Positions 6,650-14,379 of a stretch of DNA of 15,665 nucleotides are shown here, one piece after another. Numbering within the stretch: the first letter of the stretch is position 1; the number at the start of each line of letters is the position of its first letter. The notes under the pieces were generated by a model. The model saw only the letters and a list, made by a program, of their open reading frames with translations. It was not told where the DNA came from and did no database searches. Made by a program: the position numbers and the translations under genes. Origin of the DNA: a virus. Taxonomy: Duplodnaviria; Heunggongvirae; Uroviricota; Caudoviricetes. Location of the stretch: positions 1-15,665 of IMG/VR virus record IMGVR_UViG_3300031998_000029; one strand, written 5' to 3'.

Positions 6650-6713
6650 CCGGCGGTAGCTTAACAGGTAAAGCGTGGAGCGATGGTTGCGGGTTCGAGA
6701 CCCGCCCGCCGGC
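6650..6713 (+). ncRNA. tRNA-like element lacking the anticodon arm
   Basis: Acceptor CCGGCGG/CCGCCGG; TA; D arm GCTT/AAGC; T arm GCGGG-TTCGAGA-CCCGC. Only 13 nt (6676-6688) lie between position 26 and the T stem, where a normal tRNA has about 22. Confidence 0.7.
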
Positions 6714-6726
6714 TAGTTTTCATGAG

Positions 6727-6973
6727 GAGATGCCAACAGCAAAAAAGAACACAAAATATTCTGATTTTGAACAAACGGCATCTCGTGTATTTCAAAAGGC
6801 ACATACAGCAACAAAAAAACGTTATCAAAAAGGTTGATTTTGATGAACTCGGTTTATCTTGCCTTCCTGATAAACCGAGTGAAATGTGCCTTGTAAATAA
6901 CTAACCCCTGATAAAGACGCCGAAGAAAAACAAGACTGCAAATCTTTTTAAGTTCAAAAAACTTCGGCGTCTT
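6727..6973 (+). ncRNA. Array of three long-stem hairpins, each carrying an ACWGCAA motif, in the leader of the DUF2828-type gene
   Basis: GAGATGCC/GGCATCTC (6727-6734/6777-6784) with ACAGCAA at 6736. AAGGCACAT/ATGTGCCTT (6796-6804/6884-6892) with ACAGCAA at 6805 and an inner 12-bp hairpin (6847-6880). AAGACGCCGAAG/CTTCGGCGTCTT (6914-6925/6962-6973) with ACTGCAA at 6935. Confidence 0.65.
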
Positions 6974-7006
6974 GTGGGGTTAAAAAACAGAAAGGGGTTA
7001 ATTAAA

Positions 7007-8575
7007 ATGGGTTTTTATGACGCGATTAACGACGAGCTTCTCGAAGGCTCAAACGTATCCGTGACTGAAAACGGAGCGATAGGCTACCGAACTACCGGCA
7101 AAAATCTGCTCGATTTAAACTTTGCGGTTGCTTCTTTGCGTTTCGCATCCGACGAGGATATTATTGCCAGATTCAAGAAAGCCTTTTTTGAGGATAAAAT
7201 GCTTGCCATGAAGTGGCTGTTCTTCGCTCGTGATATCAGGGGCGGTCTCGGAGAGCGTCGGCTTTTCCGCACAGCCATGCGGTTTATAGCAGACTACGAT
7301 CCCAGCATTGTTATAAACCTGATTCCCCTTATCGCAGAATACGGCAGGTTTGATGACCTGTGGGAATTTCTTGAATATCCGGAGATATATCCGGAGATCA
7401 TCGACTACATTCGCGCCCAGCTTCTCTCAGACATAGAAGACCGACGGGACGGCAATTCGATTTCTCTTCTTGCCAAATGGCTGCCGTCCGTAAACGCATC
7501 TTCCGCAAGAAGTAAGAAGTATTCAAGGATGATTTGCAACGGGCTCGGAACGAAAGTGTCTACGTATCGCAAGACTCTCAGCAGCCTCAGACGATATCTC
7601 AATGTCGTTGAACAGAAGATGTCTGCCGGAGAATGGAGAAATATAAATTACGAAGCCGTCCCGTCCCGTGCCAACCTTATCTATAAGGATGCATTCCTTC
7701 GCCACGACGAAAAGAGGCGCCGGAAATTTTTGTCAGCGCTTGAAAGGGGCGAAGCGAAAATCAACTCAGCCGTGCTTTATCCGCACGATATAGTCCATAA
7801 ATATATGGTTGATAATTTTTACCGTATGGATTTACGTTATCGCGACGAAGCCATAGAAGCAATGTGGAAATCGCTTCCCGATATGGTTAAAGGCGGCGGA
7901 AATACTATCGTAGTCGCTGACGGTTCCGGGTCAATGTGTTGCAAAGTGGGAGACGGAAACAGCTCACTAACCGCACTGGAAGTAGCCGACGCATTGGCGA
8001 TCTATTTTGCAGAACATTCGTCCGGTGAATTTCGGAATAAATATATCACATTCTCCGAGCACCCGCAGCTCGTTGATTTTTCAAAAGCATCGAGCTTGCA
8101 TGACAAGCTCAACATTGCATTGTCACACAACGAAGTCGCAAACACTAACATAGAGGCAGTCTTCGACCTGATTCTGAAAACCGCAGTCAGCAATCATATG
8201 CGTCAGGATGAAATTCCCGCAAACATTCTGATCATATCCGATATGGAATTCGATGGGTGCGCGTGCACTAATGACGGATACTGCTGGGGCGGCTTGCCTC
8301 AGAATTTATTCAAGACAATCGAGCAGAAATATATAGCAGCGGGGTACAAGCTCCCCAGGCTCGTATTCTGGAACGTCAATTCCCGCACCAACACAATTCC
8401 CGTACGCGAAAATGATATGGGCGTCGCGCTTGTCAGCGGTTTTTCTGTCAATATCTGCAAAATGATCATGAGCGGCAAGACCGACCCGTACGAGTGCCTT
8501 TTGGAAACCATCAACTCCGAGAGATATCAGCCTGTTGAGGATGTGTTAAAAGAAAATAAGAGGGTTTTCATATGA
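7007..8575 (+). CDS. DUF2828-family protein (TROVE/Ro60-related helical region plus C-terminal vWA domain), 522 aa
   Basis: Recognised motifs TENGA..Y.TTG..LLDL, RDIRGGLGER, YGRFDDL, AKWLPS, LYPHDIV, the vWA MIDAS-like VVADGSGSM, ISDMEFD, LVFWNV and LVSGFS. ATG 7007 follows SD AAAGGGG. Confidence 0.85.
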   Translation: MGFYDAINDELLEGSNVSVTENGAIGYRTTGKNLLDLNFAVASLRFASDEDIIARFKKAFFEDKMLAMKWLFFARDIRGGLGERRLFRTAMRFIADYDPSIVINLIPLIAEYGRFDDLWEFLEYPEIYPEIIDYIRAQLLSDIEDRRDGNSISLLAKWLPSVNASSARSKKYSRMICNGLGTKVSTYRKTLSSLRRYLNVVEQKMSAGEWRNINYEAVPSRANLIYKDAFLRHDEKRRRKFLSALERGEAKINSAVLYPHDIVHKYMVDNFYRMDLRYRDEAIEAMWKSLPDMVKGGGNTIVVADGSGSMCCKVGDGNSSLTALEVADALAIYFAEHSSGEFRNKYITFSEHPQLVDFSKASSLHDKLNIALSHNEVANTNIEAVFDLILKTAVSNHMRQDEIPANILIISDMEFDGCACTNDGYCWGGLPQNLFKTIEQKYIAAGYKLPRLVFWNVNSRTNTIPVRENDMGVALVSGFSVNICKMIMSGKTDPYECLLETINSERYQPVEDVLKENKRVFI

Positions 8576-8862
8576 ATAAACAGGAGTTGATCAACCGTGT
8601 CTCCCGCGACACGGGGCTGACAAAAAACATCGCGGAAATCGTTATGGACTCCATAACGAAAAACATCACCGAAGCTCTTTCGGACGGCGACGACGTCAGA
8701 ATAATGGGATTCGGAATTTTCGAACTCAAACGGTATTCTGCACGAATGGGCAGAGTCCCCGGAACAGGGGAGACCGTAGAGATACCGCCGAGAACCAGTC
8801 CGGTTTTTCGGGCGGGAACAAAATTAAAAAAGGCAGTTGCCGGAAAGGATGAAAGATGTTAA
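8572..8862 (+). CDS. hup: HU-family histone-like DNA-binding protein
   Basis: MNKQELI...; GFGIFE; R.GR.P.TGE.VEIP....PVFRAG..LK is the HU/IHF signature. Confidence 0.92.
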   Translation: MNKQELINRVSRDTGLTKNIAEIVMDSITKNITEALSDGDDVRIMGFGIFELKRYSARMGRVPGTGETVEIPPRTSPVFRAGTKLKKAVAGKDERC

Positions 8863-9413
8863 GCATAATAATCAAGCCCGAAGGGGTATGGGGGTATTTC
8901 CAGCGTCATAAGCTGGAACTCAAGGAAGCGATGCATCTTATCGCGAAAGACGAAGCTCTTGCGATAAAGATATACGTCACGGAAGAAAAGGGGTTTCCCG
9001 AAATAATCCTTACCGACGGAGATATCGAGGTGTATAAGGAAAATACCGAGAACTCCACAGACTGCTGTGAAACGGTCTCCACGATCTACGATGATTACAA
9101 GGAGTACGTGGGATTAGGAGAGGAATCCTATGCCCTGAACGATGAACTTCCGGAAGAGTATATCATTCTCGAACGCGAAGAGGAGCTCGACGATGCGTTC
9201 ACGGAGCTCATGCTTACCATCCTCGATGAGCAGTGCGATCCCGGCGTGATGGAAGATATCAAAGAACATGTGCTCGAATACATCGCCAGGAAACACAAGC
9301 TCGAAATCTGGCGCCCAATGTACCTCGAAGACGAAAACGGACAGGAATTCTACGAAGAATATCCATACGAGTGCATGGAGTTCGAGGACGAAGACAATCC
9401 GATATATCAGTAG
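8856..9413 (+). CDS. Hypothetical acidic protein, 185 aa
   Basis: SD AAGGA; overlaps the end of hup; rich in Glu, Asp and Tyr. Confidence 0.8.
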   Translation: MLSIIIKPEGVWGYFQRHKLELKEAMHLIAKDEALAIKIYVTEEKGFPEIILTDGDIEVYKENTENSTDCCETVSTIYDDYKEYVGLGEESYALNDELPEEYIILEREEELDDAFTELMLTILDEQCDPGVMEDIKEHVLEYIARKHKLEIWRPMYLEDENGQEFYEEYPYECMEFEDEDNPIYQ

Positions 9414-9530
9414 TCCGCCCGGCGTTTTCGTGACGCTGCGGCGCGAGCCCCTACGCTGCCAGAGGTTATGTCTGGACTGGGGCTTTTTACATAGTCCGCC
9501 GGCAACACTCCCTCCCACCGCCGGCGGACT
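9412..9530 (+). other. Structured intergenic region: terminator-like hairpin plus an 11-bp hairpin with a C-rich (anti-SD-like) loop
   Basis: AGCCCC/GGGGCT (9446-9451/9479-9484) with inner CCAGA/TCTGG, followed by Ts. AGTCCGCCGGC/GCCGGCGGACT (9493-9503/9520-9530) with loop AACACTCCCTCCCACC. Confidence 0.5.
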
Positions 9531-9588
9531 TTCCTGTGTTCTTGCCTCCGTAAACAAACGGAGAGTATATAAAAAAGGAGAAAAAAGT

Positions 9589-9990
9589 ATGGCAAAAATC
9601 ACTATTCTTCCCGAGGGTGCAGTAATCGTAACTCTCGCAACCAAGCTTGAGGATCTCAAGATGGTGGAGAAGTATCATCCGGAGGCGCTTGTCGTCAAGG
9701 GCGGAGAGGATGGTAAGGAAGAGCTTTTCAAGCTCACCACCACCGAACCGAACGGCCACATCAACCGTTACGGCGCGGCATTCACCAAGGCAACGCACGG
9801 CGAGGGTTTCGCGGTAGTCACCACCACCCTTGAGAAGCTCGGCGGCAGCGGAGACCCCGTGGATATCGTCGCGGACAAGCTCGGTTCTGCGGTGATGTAT
9901 CTGAACAAGATCGAAGAGGGTATTCCCGCCGTTCTCGCCGAGACCGCCGCAGCAAAGGCAGCCGTCGTCGGCTGCATCACCGTGGTCTGA
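9589..9990 (+). CDS. Hypothetical protein, 133 aa, directly upstream of the Ubl gene; probably highly expressed
   Basis: SD AAAGGAG precedes ATG 9589; strong codon bias. The GTG 9268 extension in the track overlaps the previous gene and non-coding hairpins. Confidence 0.85.
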   Translation: MAKITILPEGAVIVTLATKLEDLKMVEKYHPEALVVKGGEDGKEELFKLTTTEPNGHINRYGAAFTKATHGEGFAVVTTTLEKLGGSGDPVDIVADKLGSAVMYLNKIEEGIPAVLAETAAAKAAVVGCITVV

Positions 9991-10009
9991 TAACCACGGT
10001 TCCCTGCAT

Positions 10010-10042
10010 GAGCTGCCGCAGGCTTCGCGGCAGCTCTTTATT
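10010..10042 (+). terminator. Intrinsic terminator-like hairpin
   Basis: GAGCTGCCGC-AGGCTTC-GCGGCAGCTC followed by TTTATT. Confidence 0.7.
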
Positions 10043-10086
10043 ATTACATCAAACTACATAAATTAATGTGAAAAGGAGATTTTATC

Positions 10087-10311
10087 ATGATCAGAGTCAA
10101 CATCAGAAACAATATGTCCGAAAAGGTGTTCGTCGTTTCCCCCGAAACCACCGTCGCGGCCGCAATCGAGCAGTCGGGCATGACGCTCGCAAGAGAGATC
10201 TATCTCAACGGCTCCCCGGTTTCCGCCGCCGATCTCAACAAGAGCTTCGCCGAACTCGGCGTCGAGTCGGAAGCGTTCATTCGCGGAATCGCAAAGGCCG
10301 TCAACGCCTGA
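10087..10311 (+). CDS. Putative ubiquitin-like (beta-grasp, MoaD/ThiS-like) protein, 74 aa, ending ...FIRGIAKAVNA
   Basis: SD AAAGGAG. Pattern fits a beta-grasp fold (IRVNI, VFVVS, TTVAAAIEQ helix, IYLNG, L.KSFAELGV). Lies upstream of E2-like, JAB and E1 genes. Confidence 0.75.
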   Translation: MIRVNIRNNMSEKVFVVSPETTVAAAIEQSGMTLAREIYLNGSPVSAADLNKSFAELGVESEAFIRGIAKAVNA

Positions 10312-10323
10312 TCTCACGTATTT

Positions 10324-10353
10324 CCCGCCGCTGTCAATCAGCGGCGGGTTTTT
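10324..10353 (+). terminator. Intrinsic terminator after the Ubl gene
   Basis: CCCGCCGCTG-TCAAT-CAGCGGCGGG-TTTTT. Confidence 0.8.
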
Positions 10354-10356
10354 CAT

Positions 10357-10441
10357 GGGGAATTGATGGAATGGCAGACATAGGGGACTTAAAATCCCTT
10401 GGGTCAAACCCGTATCGGTTCGAGTCCGATATTCCCCACCA
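10357..10441 (+). tRNA. tRNA-Leu(TAA) with encoded CCA
   Basis: Acceptor GGGGAAT/ATTCCCC; anticodon arm GGGGA-CTTAAAA-TCCCT; long variable arm GGG-TCAAA-CCC; T arm ATCGG-TTCGAGT-CCGAT; ends in ACCA. Confidence 0.95.
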
Positions 10442-10472
10442 ACCACATTAAATAAAAGAGGGAGAGTTGATA

Positions 10473-11939
10473 ATGTTCAGAAACAGAATTGAGCTGACGC
10501 CGTTTAACGACGGCGTAGCGGAATCGCTATTCGGCGAGAAAATAATGGGCGGCAGTTTTCAGTACGACTGGTCGTTTCTCGCCACTCTGCGGGCGCTGAC
10601 GTATCCGAGGATGCCCCAGGGCGATGTTTTAACGCTGAATTTTTCGGCGTCAAGCTATAGCGGACTCGATACACAAAACTACAACGACGAGAGTCTGGCA
10701 AACGCTCTTTTGCAAAAGGGCTCAGCTCCGAGGAATATGTTGAGGGTTCACAATTTCAATAATTCCCGGCATGAGGCAAACGTCTCATGGGTAGATTATG
10801 TGGAAAAAAACTTTTCCCGTCTGCGCCCCGGCTGGGTAAGATTTGAAAAGGCGTCTCTCTGGTTCAGCCAGAAGAAATTCAGTGGGGCGGTTTTCATCAA
10901 CGCGGAGCTTAAAAGCGCCATAGTGTTCGTTGCGGATATGGATATACCGCGCATGCACTGCATTCAGAGCGCGATACCGGCGTACCTTCCGTGGTATTTT
11001 GACCCCGAAAAGGGTATGACGGAAACGGAAATACAGCTTCTCCAGTCGCTCAGGGAAAACACAGATGTAAATTATCGCAAATGTATGTCTGAGCTTGCTC
11101 AGAAATACAACTTCCGCGAAGAGATAATCCGCACCAAGCTTGCGGGGTTCGAAACGGCATACGAGAGAGCCGAAATGAATCGCGTGCAGACAAAAATCGA
11201 AGAACTTTTAGACAGGATCAGCGCGGCGAAAAGAAATATGCTCGAAGCGCTCGAAAGGAAAAAAGAATACGACATCAGAGCGCTCGGGCTTCAGGAAAGG
11301 ATCAACAACAGTCCGTCCGGAGACTCGGAAATAATGAATTATTTCCTTGTAAACCCGAAGCTGACGCTCGTAGACGTATCCGGAACGTTAATCACCTTTT
11401 ATGTCAGGGACTATCTGGAATACTACAATGAAGACGAAGCAAAGATATGTATAAACAACAGAAACAGTTGTATCTATCCGTATAGCAATAATGGTCGCCA
11501 CAGCGATATGGAGCGCCTGATGAGGGCGATATTCATCGACAAAAAACTGCGTATCCGGTTTTGTGCCGCATACCAGTTCAATATTAACGGGTACGTAAGC
11601 GCGCTTGCGGGGTTCTCGGGATACGGGTTTGACTGTGCTGAGTTTACTCCGAATCCCCACATAGACCGGTATGCTTGTATGGGGGATTACGAACGGTTTG
11701 TAAACGAATATCTCGCGCAGAACGATTATATTGGCGCGATAGAACAGACCGTAGCTTCGTGCAAAAGCCTTAATTTCGGAGATGCCTATGTTATGCAGGA
11801 GTTTATGGGGCGGATGTACAGGGGCTCCAGAGACGATGTGAATATGCGGTGTATCGAACTTCCGGACGGCAAGGTAGTAACGCCCGAAGAGGCAATCGGA
11901 TATTTAAAGCAGGAGGATAACAATGGCAAAGATAATTAA
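10473..11939 (+). CDS. Putative E2-like conjugating enzyme: unknown N-terminal domain, central coiled coil and C-terminal E2/UBC-like domain, about 488 aa
   Basis: C-terminal PNPHIDRYACMG resembles the E2 HP(N/H)(I)...CL motif, with Cys codon at 11676-11678. It is followed by helices and an LN..D segment. Operon context supports the call. ATG 10473 fits the SD better than TTG 10467. Confidence 0.6.
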   Translation: MFRNRIELTPFNDGVAESLFGEKIMGGSFQYDWSFLATLRALTYPRMPQGDVLTLNFSASSYSGLDTQNYNDESLANALLQKGSAPRNMLRVHNFNNSRHEANVSWVDYVEKNFSRLRPGWVRFEKASLWFSQKKFSGAVFINAELKSAIVFVADMDIPRMHCIQSAIPAYLPWYFDPEKGMTETEIQLLQSLRENTDVNYRKCMSELAQKYNFREEIIRTKLAGFETAYERAEMNRVQTKIEELLDRISAAKRNMLEALERKKEYDIRALGLQERINNSPSGDSEIMNYFLVNPKLTLVDVSGTLITFYVRDYLEYYNEDEAKICINNRNSCIYPYSNNGRHSDMERLMRAIFIDKKLRIRFCAAYQFNINGYVSALAGFSGYGFDCAEFTPNPHIDRYACMGDYERFVNEYLAQNDYIGAIEQTVASCKSLNFGDAYVMQEFMGRMYRGSRDDVNMRCIELPDGKVVTPEEAIGYLKQEDNNGKDN

Positions 11940-13038
11940 ACTGACGCCGAAGTATATATCGGAACTTCAGACGGACTTCCTGAACGCGATTCAGAAGTCG
12001 AAGCTCTCCGACGGAAAGATAACTTTTTCAAAGTCCTTCGGGAACATCGACGAAAAAGCCACCGTGTTCTTCACTTCGCCAGCGTGGGCTAAGATACAGG
12101 CGCTTGTCGACGGATTCAGCAAGGAAGTGGCGTGGCATGCTTTAGCTTCTCGCGGAAGAGACCCGGAAAAGAACGAATATTTCGTTTCAAACGTAATAGT
12201 TTATCCGCAGATAGTTACGGGAATCGACGTGGACACGGATCAGGAAGAGTATCAGAAGTGGCTCGATTCTTATGACGGAAATACTTTAAACAGCATACGT
12301 TTTCAGGGGCATTCGCATGTGAATATGGGCGTCAGCCCGTCCGCCAAAGACACCGGATTCTATAATGAACTGCTTGCGCAGCTCGACGACACGGGCTTCT
12401 ATATCTTCATGATATTCAACAAGCGCGGCGAGAAGATGGTAAAGATATACGATATGGCGAAGAACCGCCTGTTTGAGACGTCCGACGTCAAGATTGAAGT
12501 TCTTCTCAACCCAAGCTGCGCCGGAACCGTAAGTCTGACCGGAAAGAACGGAGAAGCCGCATCTCTGAGCGAAGAAGAGCAGACAGTCATGCTCGACGCT
12601 CTCCGCACGTTCAGAGAAAAGCAGATAACCGACGAGTTTATCAAGGAAGCGAAGGCTGTGGTGAAGGAAAAAACATATGCCGCGAATTCACAGTACCCCG
12701 CGAATTCATACGGTTATCCGTATGACCACAGCTACTGGGGCGAAACCTGGGCGGGAGCCAAGACCTATCCGGCTCAGAACACTAACCCCGCAGACAAAAC
12801 TCCCGAGCCCGTCAAGCCCGCACCGGCTTCACCCAAAACGCAGGAGACAAAACCCGCGCCTGCCGCTCAGGGAGCCGCCGCAACCGGCGGAAAGAAGAAA
12901 AAGGGAAAGAGGAAGAAGTCCGGAGGCCTGAAGTATTACGGTGCAACCGAGATAAAATACAATTCCCCCGCCGCGAACGACGATGACGACGAAGATGATC
13001 CGTACGGGCCGTACGGATATCGCGACGGACGCTGGTAA
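11923..13038 (+). CDS. JAB/MPN+ (JAMM) metalloprotease with a long low-complexity C-terminal tail, 371 aa
   Basis: Exact JAMM motif HSH-x7-S-x2-D (GHSHVNMGVSPSAKD, first His codon at 12310) and an upstream Glu in KEVAWH. SD AGGAGG. Confidence 0.88.
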   Translation: MAKIIKLTPKYISELQTDFLNAIQKSKLSDGKITFSKSFGNIDEKATVFFTSPAWAKIQALVDGFSKEVAWHALASRGRDPEKNEYFVSNVIVYPQIVTGIDVDTDQEEYQKWLDSYDGNTLNSIRFQGHSHVNMGVSPSAKDTGFYNELLAQLDDTGFYIFMIFNKRGEKMVKIYDMAKNRLFETSDVKIEVLLNPSCAGTVSLTGKNGEAASLSEEEQTVMLDALRTFREKQITDEFIKEAKAVVKEKTYAANSQYPANSYGYPYDHSYWGETWAGAKTYPAQNTNPADKTPEPVKPAPASPKTQETKPAPAAQGAAATGGKKKKGKRKKSGGLKYYGATEIKYNSPAANDDDDEDDPYGPYGYRDGRW

Positions 13039-13049
13039 AGGAGGTTTTT

Positions 13050-13631
13050 ATGACTCGGGGAGAGTTTTTTGAAAATGTTATAGACTGGAGCGATCTGAAA
13101 GATGTCTGCGAAGAGTACGGATGTGACATCTGCGATGACATATATAACGACGACGGCAGAGACGACATAATAGAAGACCGCCTGTATGACTGGGTAAGGA
13201 GCGAATCATGGAGAGATGTGAGAGACTATCTCACTTGCTACAGTACCAACTCATACGACTGGTGGATATATGACGATAATTATGACGAATGGGAAGAGGC
13301 AGGCGACGGCCTGTTCGAAGTGCGCAAAAATGACGTCGCAGAGTGGCTGAGCGAAAACGGTCATTTTGAAGACGAAGAAGTATGCGACGAAACCGAAGAC
13401 GAAGATTTCTTCGGACAGGAAGAAATACACGACGAGCCCGAAGAGGACGCCGAGCCTGATAACTTCGACTTCGGAGAAATGTTATCGTCTTCCGCAGTTT
13501 TCATACGCGAGGCCGAAGAGCAGCTTAAAAAGAAAGAAGAAGAAGACAGGCAGAGACAGGCAGAAGAAATGCGCAGCGAGTCCGAGGCCGCCGCCGCGTT
13601 CAATGATTTCGTATCGGGTTTCCAGATTTAA
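13050..13631 (+). CDS. Highly acidic hypothetical protein, 193 aa
   Basis: SD AAGGAGG. About one third Asp/Glu by hand count. N-terminal C-x4-C-x2-C. Confidence 0.8.
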   Translation: MTRGEFFENVIDWSDLKDVCEEYGCDICDDIYNDDGRDDIIEDRLYDWVRSESWRDVRDYLTCYSTNSYDWWIYDDNYDEWEEAGDGLFEVRKNDVAEWLSENGHFEDEEVCDETEDEDFFGQEEIHDEPEEDAEPDNFDFGEMLSSSAVFIREAEEQLKKKEEEDRQRQAEEMRSESEAAAAFNDFVSGFQI

Positions 13632-13649
13632 GGATTGAAAGGAGTACAA

Positions 13650-14324
13650 ATGAATCTTAGTAAGTCATATGATTTTTTCCAGCCGGAAAAGGATAAGGCG
13701 CGTATACACATCATAGGCTGCGGCTCCGTCGGCAGCACCCTTGCGGAAAATCTGGCAAGGTGCGGCGTCACGAGGATGACGCTGTGGGACTTCGACAACG
13801 TCGAATCGAAGAACATAGTCAACCAGATGTTCCGTCAGCAGGATATCGGCAAGCCTAAGGTAGAGGCTCTGCGCGATATACTGCTTGAGATCAATCCGGA
13901 AATAGAGGAGGATCTCGAACTCAAGCCCGAGGGATGGCAGGGAAATATGCTGTCCGGATACATCTTTCTTGCCGTCGACAATATCGATCTTCGACGCAAA
14001 ATAGTAGAGCAGCATATGAATAACGCATATGTAAAGGCGGTTTTTGACTTCCGAACTCTGCTCGAAAGCGCACAGCACTTCGCGGCTGACTGGAGCAGTC
14101 CGGCTTCAAAAAAGAATCTGCTGAGCACGATGCAGTTTTCGCAGGAAGAGGGTCTTGAAGAAACTCCCGTTTCGGCGTGCGGCATAACGCTCGGAGTTGC
14201 CACGACCGTCCGCCTTATATGTGCACTCGGCGTGAACAACTATATAAACTTCGTCAAGGGCAACGGCATCTGGAAGTTCTGTCAGATAGACGGCTTCACC
14301 GGCACGCTCGACTGTTTCAAGTAA
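13650..14324 (+). CDS. ThiF/MoeB/E1-family adenylating enzyme, 224 aa
   Basis: IIGCGSVG nucleotide-binding loop, WDFD, KNIVNQ, GKPKV and AVDN..LR motifs. Candidate catalytic Cys in PVSACG (codon 14178-14180). No CxxC Zn pairs. SD GAAAGGAG precedes ATG 13650. Confidence 0.92.
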   Translation: MNLSKSYDFFQPEKDKARIHIIGCGSVGSTLAENLARCGVTRMTLWDFDNVESKNIVNQMFRQQDIGKPKVEALRDILLEINPEIEEDLELKPEGWQGNMLSGYIFLAVDNIDLRRKIVEQHMNNAYVKAVFDFRTLLESAQHFAADWSSPASKKNLLSTMQFSQEEGLEETPVSACGITLGVATTVRLICALGVNNYINFVKGNGIWKFCQIDGFTGTLDCFK

Positions 14325-14379
14325 AGCAGAGATGAAAGAATCGAATCCGGAAAGTTAAATCCATGCTGGTAAACAAAAC

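Noticed and set aside
6760-6844. TGATTTTGA in hairpins as tRNA-Gln anticodon-loop mimics
   Set aside because: The stem geometry differs between the two copies and does not form a 5-bp/7-nt anticodon arm.
6562-6904. Track ORFs 6562..6837 and 6683..6904
   Set aside because: They run through the tRNA-like elements and paired hairpins and have weak or badly spaced SDs. A leader peptide from ATG 6568 cannot be fully excluded.
9268-9588. N-terminal extension of ORF 9268..9990
   Set aside because: It overlaps the 8856-9413 gene and structured intergenic DNA. The SD supports ATG 9589.
10063-10451. ORFs 10063..10446 (-) and 10068..10451 (+)
   Set aside because: They are shadow frames over the Ubl gene, a terminator and tRNA-Leu.
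13650-14324. ThiF/MoeB for thiamine or molybdopterin synthesis
   Set aside because: No thi/moa pathway genes are present, the neighbours are JAB and E2-like genes, and the small protein lacks the GG terminus.
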